Source: Marsupella aquatica
Lineage: Eukaryota > Plantae > Marchantiophyta
Direction: 5' to 3'
Assembly (NCBI GenBank): GCA_973895155.1
Contig: OZ316892.1
Location: 19,479,869-19,543,868 of the forward strand
Length of the DNA: 64,000 nucleotides
Shown here: in pieces, positions 1 to 9,627 of the stretch
Position numbering within the stretch: position 1 is the stretch's first letter
How the letters are laid out: every line of letters starts with the position of its first letter
Notes under the pieces: model-generated
What the model saw: the letters and a program-made list of their open reading frames with translations, nothing else
What the model was told of the DNA's origin: nothing
Database searches by the model: none
Position numbers and translations under genes: made by a program

Positions 1-538
1 CAGGCCTACCCTTCTCATCTCGTGACCACTGAGTTACCTGACCCTTCAGTTTTGTCGATGCATAAGCTGCCCAGTTTACCTTTCTATGAAGCACCCGCTT
101 GGCATAGGCACCTTTGACAAATGTATGAGATAGAATTCCATTAACAGGCTTCTCATACCCGTCCACCACTTGAGACAGTGCTAAAATCTCATCAAGAGGA
201 ATACCCGTGCAAGTACTTAGCTTATAGCCATTCCTTGTTACCTCACCAAAGCATGCACTCAACTGTTCCTCGGTGAGATCTAAAATCTTGTGCGGAGTTT
301 CACCCTCATTGGGGAGACCAAAGTTTGTAGCAAACCAGGCTGCATCCTTGCAGAACTCGGTCGGAGATCAAGTTACATCAGAGCTCTGGCCTTTCACTTT
401 CTTAGCTGCTCTTGGCATTTGAGTTTTGGTGTTTTCCTTCGTGATGCCTGTCTCTGCTTTTGCCAGGACATTGGATACTGGCTGTATCGACTTGACATCC
501 ACCCCTCCATCAACTGTCAATGGAGAAGTGGTATCCAT
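1..538 (-). pseudogene. Interrupted ORF running off the window start; probable transposon-associated accessory protein
   Basis: Manual translation from ATG 538: MDTTSPLTVDGG...KGQSSDVT*SPTEFCKDAAWFATNFGLPNEGETP...NGYKLSTC...RKVNWAAYA..., open to base 1 apart from one in-frame TGA at 368-370. A T-rich AG acceptor lies just upstream (~550). The F-x-LP-x-x-G ... VNWA pattern recalls plant TE accessory ORFs. Not in the supplied ORF track. Confidence 0.5.
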
Positions 539-977
539 CGAACTCTTCCTGAATAAACAAAAAAACTGTGACTAAACACTCAATAAGACCTCTGCCCACA
601 ATATGTAAAGGTATGCCTCACAGGATGGACTAAACTACACGGAACGATAGCCAGGAATATACATAAATTTGAAGTTTGAGCTATATTCTAGCCACGATAA
701 CAAAATTAAGTCTCCTCTGCTTTGCAACTCACAGAGTAGTTTCCACTGAGCAGCAACCAGCTAGTAACGAGCAGTAATCCTCCACAGCAATTAAGTAGCT
801 TGCAATCCGCCAATGCCCAGCAATCAACGATCCCCCAATGTGCATCAATCCACGATCCCCGATGCACAGCAATGACCAATCCCCCAATGCGCAACAATCA
901 GCAACCCGTCAAGCAGCAATCCTCTATCAATTGGCAAATCCGCAATGCGCAAACCCCCATTACCACATACGTTCTGT

Positions 978-1158
978 GGATAGAGCTCCGCCCAGGTGAA
1001 ACTTGAGTGAGAAATGGGCGGATAGAGCTTCGCCCAGGTGAAACTTCAATGAGAAATGGACGGATAGGGCTCCGCCCGAGTGAAACAAACTGTGCAAGTG
1101 AGAAATGGGCGGATAGAGCTCCGCCCAAGTGAAACAAGTGCAAGTGAGAAATGGGCGG
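978..1158. repeat. Tandem repeat, ~4 units of 42-49 bp, each with a small hairpin
   Basis: Unit GGATAGAGCTCCGCCCAGGTGAAAC..AGTGAGAAATGGGC; adjacent units create the stem-loop GGGCGGA-TAGAGC-TCCGCCC. Confidence 0.9.
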
Positions 1159-2060
1159 CCCAAGCTTTCTGTGAGCGGGAAGTTTTGTGGACAGTACAAC
1201 TCTCACGTTGGCCGCACTTCTCTTCTCAAGGGATTCAAATTGGCAGAGAACTTCGCGCATTTGGAGTCCTCATAATGTCCTGGCCCCACCAATGTCGTTA
1301 TTAAGTCTTAAGTATGTTTTGTCTCAAAGTGAGTTCAAAACGTCTTCGGCGGCTCAAGATCCTTGTCATCTCAACCATTCATGTGCCAAGGATTGCGAGG
1401 ACTGCCATCCCAGAATTCCAGTCCTTTTTGCACATTTTGGTACCCCTCAATCATGGTTTCCACCTTTTGCAAGTGATCACACAATGGCCCAAAAACCCCA
1501 CTTATACCTACAAATAAACACTCCAAACAACTTATACCTACAAATGAACACTCTAAACAATGTTTGCTACCGGCCTTACGTCCAACTTTTGTTCTCGGAA
1601 GTTTAATTTGTTTTGCTCACTCTGTTGCAGTGGTGGCCACATACTAACCAAATCACTTCAAATTTTTAGTTCAAAATATCTACCACGGCTTGATCGCACC
1701 TACCTCTCCTACTAGAAGTAAAGCATATAAGACACTAAAATCAACAATCCCCTTGCAAGCAAGGGCACCTATAATTTAGGAAACCTTTGTCAAAATGTGT
1801 GTTAGGTTTATTTCACGCAAAACAAACCCAGCCGAGTGAATTGCGCTGGGATATATTGTCACATATTGACTGATGGCACCATCATCATATATACAGCCTA
1901 AGTCTTCTCGAACTGTCTACAAGCTTCCTTGGCAGCTTCCGTCCAATCCTACGCAGGTTTGTACTAAGCTTCAGCTATTAATCTATTTTAGAGCAGTCCC
2001 CGGGCCTCAGAAGGGGGGGGCTACCCGGTTCCCTGCCCTCTGATGGCTGAGTACGTGAAT

Positions 2061-2516
2061 TCATCTCCCTGAACGCGGAGAGGTCGGCGAAGAGCAGCTA
2101 CACTGGTACTCTTCATCTCCGGCCCCGGAACGCGCAGAGGTCGGCGGACAGCAGCTCTTCCGTTCCTCATCCTCCTCTCTTATCAACTCGGGTATACCTT
2201 CAAAATCTTTTCTCTTTAACCCGCAAGTGCCCTTAAGATCAAAAATGAAGGATGGCAGTCTAACTAGGGCCTCCCAAATGGTCAAGACCTTAGTTCCATT
2301 GAAGTAAAGCTCCTTCACAAAAAACTCGTCACTGATACGTCCATCAATGGGCAAGGTAAGGTCAGTGACACAATGACGCCCCGCGATGCGCCTAATGTGC
2401 CTAGCAAACCTCTGTTCCTGAGCGGCCTTCACCGGGTTGAGGTCCGAATAGCTGTACGCGAATTGGAGACCGCAACGAACAAAAGTTACCCAAAATGCGT
2501 AAGCTGTACCTGCCAT
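2061..2516 (-). CDS. Hypothetical intronless 151-aa protein, head-to-head with the H3 variant
   Basis: Open frame from ATG 2516 (MAGTAYAFWVTF...). Its upstream motif is the mirror copy of the one upstream of H3, at a similar distance (~140 bp). An internal duplication near the C-terminus (PTSARSG / PTSPRSG) keeps the frame. No family recognised. Confidence 0.45.
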   Translation of the reverse strand: MAGTAYAFWVTFVRCGLQFAYSYSDLNPVKAAQEQRFARHIRRIAGRHCVTDLTLPIDGRISDEFFVKELYFNGTKVLTIWEALVRLPSFIFDLKGTCGLKRKDFEGIPELIREEDEERKSCCPPTSARSGAGDEEYQCSCSSPTSPRSGR

Positions 2517-2614
2517 AGTTCTCTGGGGAGATCTGATCGCAATTTTTCTCAGAATTACCAATGAGTCCGCTGAGCAGGGCTGGCCTTCTGGTGTACCTGC
2601 TTTTCACCTCGACT

Positions 2615-3625
2615 GTCAAGCTAGCAGAGCAGTCACGTACTAAGTACTGCAAAGGGATCCACAAGGTTGCGAGGGGGCCTTCAGGATAACAAGGAGTGCC
2701 AAGAGAATTCTTGGGTGTAGTTGATCGAGAGTATAAGGAAGGGTTGGTAGCAGGATAGTCTTAAGTAGGCGCCAAGCAAGGAGTCCCAGTTGATGAATGA
2801 CATATGGTTCTAGCTTGTTGTTCCGATCCTGGTCAGTTGATCATGTTTCAAAAGATAATTTGGTGTCCACTACTTGCGCATGGATAGAGACAAGATCCAT
2901 GGCTTGCCTGTAGACACGTGATCTGCAGACTAGTTGGATGCATGCATGAGAGCTTATATACAAGAGCTAGCTAGTTGCAGCTGACTAGGGACGGGAGTTT
3001 CGATCAGTTGCATGGAGAAAAAGGATAATATGCCAGCATTGATCATAATGTTCCTGAGCTGGTCAGGACTCTAGACAAACAATACAGATCAAGTTTCTTC
3101 TCTGTCAGTCCACAAAGGACCAATACAGGTCTGCAAAGAGGTGATTCCAATTAATTGACTTTCATTTTAGTCTAAGAAAGTCGTCTACCTCTGAATACAA
3201 AGGACTGGATCGGGAATATTACAATCAATGCTGGTCATCCTTCTTCCCCGACTAGTAAAGGCTCCCATCCCTAGTCAGTAGCAACTAGTTCTGGTAACCT
3301 CTGTACGTTTCACTAGTCTGGTCACTTGTCCACAAACTAGCCATGGATGTTCGTCATCTCTATCCGCATGCAAGTGGTGGACACAAACGTTTCTCTGCTA
3401 CATTATCATTGATCGACTGACCACGAACAACAATAAGGATGTCATTGATCATTTAGGGAGTCCAATCCTTGCTTGGCACCTATTTCAGACAATATATCAG
3501 CTTCCAAGTATTGCTCATTATTTCAAACTACACCGAGAACTCCTTCTCAAACGCCTCTTCAAACGCTCTCGCAGGCTAGTGGATCCCTTCTTAGCACTTA
3601 CTACGTAACTGGCCTCAAAGCTTGC
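2615..3625. repeat. ~1-kb imperfect inverted repeat (arms ~450 bp, centre ~3060-3210); possible bidirectional promoter or foldback element
   Basis: Reverse-complement pairs in nested order: AGGCGCCAAGCAAGGA (~2767) / TCCTTGCTTGGCACCT (~3466); TGTCCACTACTTGC (~2863) / GCAAGTGGTGGACA (~3370); GACTAGGGACGGGAG (~2983) / CTCCCATCCCTAGTC (~3262); CCAGCATTGAT (~3033) / ATCAATGCTGG (~3224); CAGTCACGTACTAAGT..AAGGGATCCAC (~2630) / GTGGATCCCTT..ACTTACTACGTAACTG (~3579). Confidence 0.85.
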
Positions 3626-3727
3626 TGTAGTGTGTATGGAAGCTCCTAGTTATACACTCGATCCACGGTGTATATTCATATTTATTTTATTCTTGTTCTC
3701 TCCATCCGGAAGAGAGGCTAGAAACAA

Positions 3728-4058
3728 TGGCCCGTACCAAGCAGACTGCTCGTAAATCTACAGGGCTCGGAAACAGCTTGTCACCAAGGCCCTGCGCATG
3801 AATGCATGCTTTCAACTCAACTTCAGCCAGGCTATATAGGACTGAAGAGGTCTCACCGATACAGGCCTGGAATGGCGGCACTTTGCGAGATCCAGAAATA
3901 CCAAAAGGCACAGATCATCTCATCCGCAAGCTTCCCTTCCAGAGGCTGGTTCGCGAAATAGCTCAGGACTTCAAGACCGACGTTGGCTTCCAGCTAGAGC
4001 CACGCTGTTCTTGCCATTCATTAGGCGTCAGAGGCATATTTGGTTGGTATCTTTGAGG
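3728..4058 (+). pseudogene. H3: Histone H3 variant pseudogene, copy 1 (frameshifted, 3' truncated)
   Basis: ATG GCC CGT ACC AAG CAG ACT GCT CGT AAA TCT ACA GGG = [13 protein letters not shown], later [21 protein letters not shown]. Several small indels. Homology to copy 2 stops at ATCTTTGAGG (~4058). Intronless. Confidence 0.93.
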
Positions 4059-4617
4059 CCCTGGCCCTCACTCCTAATAAATTAAAAGAACCCCGGCCCC
4101 CTGAGATCAAGGCCCCCCTCCACCCCCAATTGCCACTTGTTAGAATTTTTTTCTCTTTTAATATTTTCCTTGTTAGTTAGAAAATTATTTCTGTTTTCAC
4201 TGAATAATTTTAGCCTTTTAATTTGATTCTTATAATGCAATGATAAAATGAATTTTAAATATCCTTAATACATAGTGCGGAGTCAGACCACCAGCTGCGG
4301 ACGATGGCAGAGATTTCATGAGCTGAAACAAGAAGTTGTGGAGATGGCCGCCTAGAGTTAGAATGAACGACCAAAGCGAGAGGGAGAGGCAGCAAAATCG
4401 AGGGAGACACCCCAGACTCCAAATGAGACGGGAGAAGAATCAGGCACGGAACGAGCCCGGCAACGAGCCGGGGTCTGGGTGCAAGAGTAAGCGCGATTGC
4501 AGAGCCAGGCATGAGCGGAGGACAAATGCAGGACAGAGCCCAGGACAGAGCGGGGATGCGTAGCCGAGAAAACCTTGCCCTAAACACGGGAGGTTTGTGG
4601 AAGTGAAAGTGTACTTC

Positions 4618-4706
4618 CGTCATTGGCTTATCCAATTAAGAAATGTACCTTCCAAAAGTTACGGAAAAGTAAGGGGTACATATCTTAATTGGATAAGCAA
4701 ATGACG
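4618..4706. repeat. Foldback: 32-bp stem (2 mismatches), 25-nt loop
   Basis: CGTCATTGGCTTATCCAATTAAGAAATGTACC ... GGTACATATCTTAATTGGATAAGCAAATGACG. Confidence 0.85.
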
Positions 4707-4754
4707 AACCCCCCCAGAGGGAGAATGTGTCAAACTCACTGTTGTCATAAGAAG

Positions 4755-5290
4755 GGGCATAAGAACTTGGGAAACATCTGAAGAAAATGGGCTTCAAATA
4801 ATGTTGCAAGTATACTGTTTTCCTGCAGTACCCTTTGGGCCCTAGCTTGGCTTCTTGCCAGGAATGATATTTAGGGTAAATTTGTCAAGTCCCCCTCCAT
4901 AAGAAATCAAATGTATCCTTATGTGTGACTTTTACCACGTTTGATGTTGACGTTCTTAACTTCTCCTTACACAAAAGACAACCATAGAGGATCAATTTGG
5001 GCTACAAAATAGTGTACATGAGTACTAAATGCCTAATCATGCATATATCATAACCTAGCACAGTAGGGGATTCCCCTACAATAAGCAATATAGTTACTTT
5101 CCTCTTGAAAGTCCCCAAAGGCATATAAGTAATTCTTCTATGTAGCATGTTGCGAAATTTCCATGGTGGCAGCATTATAGGGGTTTCCACTTTAACTCAA
5201 AACTCACTTTAACATTTACTAGTACATCATCAAAGAAGTATGAGAATGCGCTTTCTCATACTTCTTTGATGGGAGAAACCTCAACAAAAT
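4755..5290 (+). repeat. Diverged direct duplication of 39985-40630
   Basis: Shared GGGCATAAGAA.TTGGGAAA.ATCTGAAGAAAATGGGCTT and CCCTTTGGGCCCTAGCTTGGCTTCTTGCCAGGAATGATATTTAGGGTAAATTTGTC, through to TTTCTCATACTTCTTTG.TGGGAGAAA. Confidence 0.9.
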
Positions 5291-6214
5291 GGGAGAATAT
5301 TCCACATGGGAAGGTGGTAGATCCACTGGCCCCCACCATTATTAATAATGGGCTGGACATGAATGGATGAAAGGTGCAAAAAACCTGATTTGAGATTGAT
5401 TTTTATAATTCGTTTAAAAGTATGAAGGGTTGGTTTTATTCAACAGACCCTTTCTAACTAATATAGGCTAATATAAATGTCAACCAAGTACATTAATATG
5501 CTTCAAGAGGTTATGTAATATGGATAGGATAATCTTATGTGGCCACCCTTTATTGGAACTTGTGTATATGAATATAATAATGCCTGCATCTATGATTCAG
5601 AGTAGTTAAGAACTTTGGGGCTGCCCTGGGATTCAAAAATGCCCAAAGTTGAAGTTTAGGGTTAAGGGTCACAAACACAAAATTGTATGTATCCCAAACC
5701 CTCCCAAACACTCCCATCACTTTTGGAACCTTTTAGCACAGTGATGATTTTATAACTTAAAATAAGTTTTCAAGGCTTTCGTAAATGATATAAAATGTGA
5801 AATTATCATATCTCAAAGTTACAAATTTATTTTCCAAAATTAAGTTTTTAAAAATAACAACACAAATTTTTATAGTTTCCCAAAAATAATTAACGGTACT
5901 AGGGAGGGTTACAAAGGCTTGGGGTAGATCAGGCTTGTGGATATCTCCTCCGGCAATCCTTTCAAACCTGGTCTCACCAAATAAACCCAGCCATTTCAGC
6001 AGTCAAAAAAAGTTGATCAAGCCCCTTGATAGAATAAACTAAAATATAGGCGGCCAGTGTGGATGCTACTTATTTCAAGCCAAGAGTTGCATGCATGAGA
6101 AATTCATAACATACACTTGATCCTCTTTGATCATTCAGTAACATATGCATGAACATGAGTGGTACCGCCGAGTACAATATTACTCTAATATTCCAAAACA
6201 GCTGAGATGTAGGC

Positions 6215-8169
6215 GCAATAGAGAAATCAGTCACATTGGAATCAAACAACGCAACAAGACCATTCCATTGCGAGAGAAATTGCTGAGATTGAATTCAAAA
6301 TTGTGCAACAATGAAATTTATTTTTGGGGATTTGATGTTCCTGCACAGTCGATCTAATTGTGTATCCCCATCCTATGACAAATCTCCTGAAGATAGAACA
6401 GAGCTTCCTAATCGTGTTCGACTTAGGCTAAAATCTACAAGGTGCCTACTCGCAATTTGAAGGTCTGAACCCCTTGCGCCATCTCTTTCCGAGGCCGGCC
6501 TCCAAGGAGCAGGTAGCCACCAGAACAATAAACAAAAGCGGCTTCACCTTCTAGCCTTCAAATCTGCAGAGGAACATGTACATTCAGTAAATTCAAAACC
6601 AAATTCAGCAACTTCATTTGCTTCGCTTACAGAAAGCTTCCATTGAAGAAGTAGCAACCAACTCAGAGTCCTGTGGACCGTGCGAGACTAAACGGAGATG
6701 CAATGACGAAGAACAAGCTAGACTTGAAAGCTGAATATCTCCTCCGTACCTGTCATGAATTGCGCGGCTTACTGTCCGGTCTTCTTCACGATGAACGACA
6801 CCACTTGCACCTGCTTCACGTTGTCGAAGCCGATGACGCGGATAAATGAGTTGGGGCATTCCTTCTTGCAGTTGACGACCTCTGACAGGACCTGGCCAGA
6901 GTCCTTGGCTCCGAAAAGGGGCAACTCCACATGCTTCAGTACCTCCCATCATAGTATCCGGGCATCTTACTCGCGGTTTGGGATACGACACCGTTCTTGT
7001 CGAACTCAATCGCGGGGATCCATCCATTTACCAACAGGTAAGCAATCTGCTTCTCGATCTCCTCGTCGGACAGGGGAGGCAAGTAAGAGAGGGTCTCAAA
7101 CTTAGTGTTGGTGTCCGGGTTCACGACCTGCACAATGAAAGGCCAACGTCAATAACCTTCACTCCAAGGAATCCTGTCATCTTCAAATCCGACCTGTTAA
7201 TCTCTCAAGGTTTCCTTGCTCACCTTGAGGAAACCCACCCGTGTAGGACAAGGGACATGAAGACAACTGGCGAACCTTGCGGAATTGACTGAGGTGACCT
7301 CATCCCGACAGACCACATCATTCGGAACAGAACTATACCAATGCAGCGCACAGCATTTGCTCCAAGAGCTTGTAGAACCACTTAACGGAAAACCGAGACA
7401 ACGAGCGACACTAAAAATGTACTAGAGGGACGACTGGCACTAGCTGCGGTACCAGAAATCGACCTACTAAGCCTTTCCACGCAGACGAACACCAACTTCA
7501 CCATTCAGAAAACAACCAACAGAACATGAAGGAAAGCAATGCGCTTCAGAAGAATTCATGCACGACATATACACATCGCCAATCAGTAGACAAACACTCC
7601 AAATTGAAGCAAAGAAGTAAGAAACAGCAGGCGAGCAGCTGAAACTCACATTGAACGCATTGACACGGCTGCCATTACTGACGGTCTTGCTCTTCAGAGA
7701 CGGGGCGATGCGGCTCTTCAAAGCAGGAGCGAGGAGCTGAGCGAGGGCGCTGGTCGAGGTCGAGGCCGTGGTCGCAATGCTGAGGGCAGTGGTGGGCGCT
7801 GCGCAGGCGGCAACAGTCATGGAAGCCATAGGTGCTACTGCGAAGAATAGGTGCGGGCTTTGTCGGAGGGAGGTTTCCGAATGAGAAGAAGAGTCGTGAC
7901 GAAGGGGACTGAAGGAGAGACTACCGTAGTGAATTTCAAGGGCATCTTGGGAATCGCCGAGCTCTGTCCCATCCGCCCCTTGGCATTGTCCTCTTTACTT
8001 ATTTACTGTAACATACGCCCTTTTCGCGGGGTCCCGGCCAATCTTTCCACCCAGTCAGCGTATACCCCCGTTCGCCCAGACCGCCCCCTTCGGAGCCGAC
8101 CGACCCTAACGTATGAGTAGTGTTTCGCAACCACAGACAAGCCCCACAACTCGAATTCGACGGTTGCCA
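6215..8169 (+). repeat. Near-identical ~1.96-kb direct duplication of 45325-47291 (rbcS with flanks)
   Basis: Both begin GCAATAGAGAAATCAGTCAC and end CGAATTCGACGGTTGCCA. Only scattered substitutions and small indels, including across the intron. Confidence 0.97.
6769..7829 (-). pseudogene. rbcS: Rubisco small subunit pseudogene (exons 7650-7829, 6769-7127)
   Basis: Same structure as the intact copy, but TGG>TGA at 6936-6938 in YYDGRYW and a 1-bp deletion near 6927 (exon 2 is 359 vs 360 nt). Confidence 0.95.
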
Positions 8170-9535
8170 AGAGTGCCAAGAGAATTCTTGGGTGTAGTTG
8201 AGATCGAGTATAAGGTAAGAGTTGGTAGCAGGATCGTCTTAATTAGGCGCGGCAATGAGGCCCCAATTGATGAATAACATGGTTCTAGCTTGTCGTTCCT
8301 GGTCAGCAGTCGATCCTGTTTCAAAAGACAATTTTGTGTCCACTACTTGCACATGGATAGAGACAAGATCCATGCCACGGCTTGCCTGTAGACACGTGAC
8401 CAGACTAGTTGGATACATGAGAGCTTATATATATATATACAAGAGCTAGTTGAAACTGATTAGGGATATGCATGGGAGACTTGACTAGGGACGGGAGTCT
8501 CGATTAGTGGCATGGAGAAAAAGATGACATTCCAGCATTGATATATCATAATGTTCCTGGTCAGGACTCTAAATAAACAATACAGATCAAGCTTCTTCTC
8601 TGTCAGTCCACAAAGGACCAATACAGGTCTGCAGATCGAGAGGTGATTCCAATTGGCTTTCAGGTTAGTCTAAGAAACTCCTGTACCTCTGAATACAAAG
8701 GACTGGGTCGAGAATATTATAATCAATGCTGGTCACCCTTCTTCTCCGACTAGTCAAGGTTCCCATCCCTAATCAGTAGCAACTAGATCTGGGAACCTCT
8801 GTCCGTTTCACTAGTCTGGTCACCTGTCCACAAACTAGCCGTGCATGGATCTTCGTCTCTATCCGCATGCAAGTTTCTCTACTACATGATCATTGACGGA
8901 CCATGATCAACAACAACGATGCATGTCATTAATCAATTAGGGAGTGCACTCCTTGCTTGGAGCCTATTAATTTCAGACAATATATCAGCTTCCAAGACTT
9001 GCTCATTGTTACACGAAACTCCTCTCAAACGCCTCATTAGTGTGAAGGCGCTCTCTCAGGCTAGTGGATCCCTTTTTAGCACTTAGTACGTGACTGGCCT
9101 CAAAGCTTGTTGTAGTGTGTACCGAAGCTCCTAGTTACACTCTCCATCCACGGTGTATATTCATTTTATTCGTGTTCTCCCCGTTCGGAAGAGGGGCTAG
9201 ACCCGTACCAAGCAGACTGCTCGTAAATCTACAGGGGGCAATGGGCCTCGAAACAGCTTGTCACCAAAGCCCTGCGCATGAATGCTTCCAACTCAACTCC
9301 AGCCAGGCTAGGACTGAAGAGGTCTCACCTATACAGGCCTGGAACGTACGGTGGCATTCCGCGAGATCGATCAGTAAATACCAGAAGGGCACAGATCTTT
9401 TCATCCGCAAGCTTCCCTTCCAGAGGCTGGTTTGTGAAATAGCTCAGGACTTCAAGACAGACCTTGGCTTCCAGAGCCACGCTGTTCTTGCCATTCATGA
9501 GGCGGCAGAGGCATATTTGGTTAGAATCTTTGAGG
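8170..9535 (+). repeat. Diverged direct duplication of 2694-4058 (inverted-repeat region plus H3)
   Basis: Both start GAGTGCCAAGAGAATTCTTGGGTGTAGTTGA and stay collinear through the H3 sequence, with many substitutions and 2-5-bp indels. Confidence 0.95.
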
Positions 9536-9627
9536 ACACCAACTTGTGTGCAATACACGCAAAGAGGGTGACCATCTTGCCCAAGGACATGCAGTTGGCC
9601 AGGCGCATTAAAGGAGAGCATTGCTAA
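9201..9627 (+). pseudogene. H3: Histone H3.3-like variant pseudogene, copy 2 (start codon deleted, N-terminal frameshifts, intact histone fold)
   Basis: Reconstructed: [143 protein letters not shown] (H87/L90) is the plant H3.3 signature. Confidence 0.95.

Noticed and set aside
978-1158. CRISPR-like array of palindromic repeats (also considered for 30330-30601 and 34865-35375)
   Set aside because: No unique spacers, no cas genes, and the context is a spliced plant nuclear genome; these are plain tandem repeats.
2061-2516. Divergent H4 or H2A partner of H3 (IRRIAGRHCV, GLQF resemble histone motifs)
   Set aside because: Only 4-6-residue similarities, with no basic tail and no continuous histone-fold alignment.
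9115-9627. Functional 170-aa H3 with a novel N-terminus, as in the ORF track
   Set aside because: The start is GTG, and the N-terminal part is the out-of-frame reading of a frameshifted canonical tail whose ATG is deleted.
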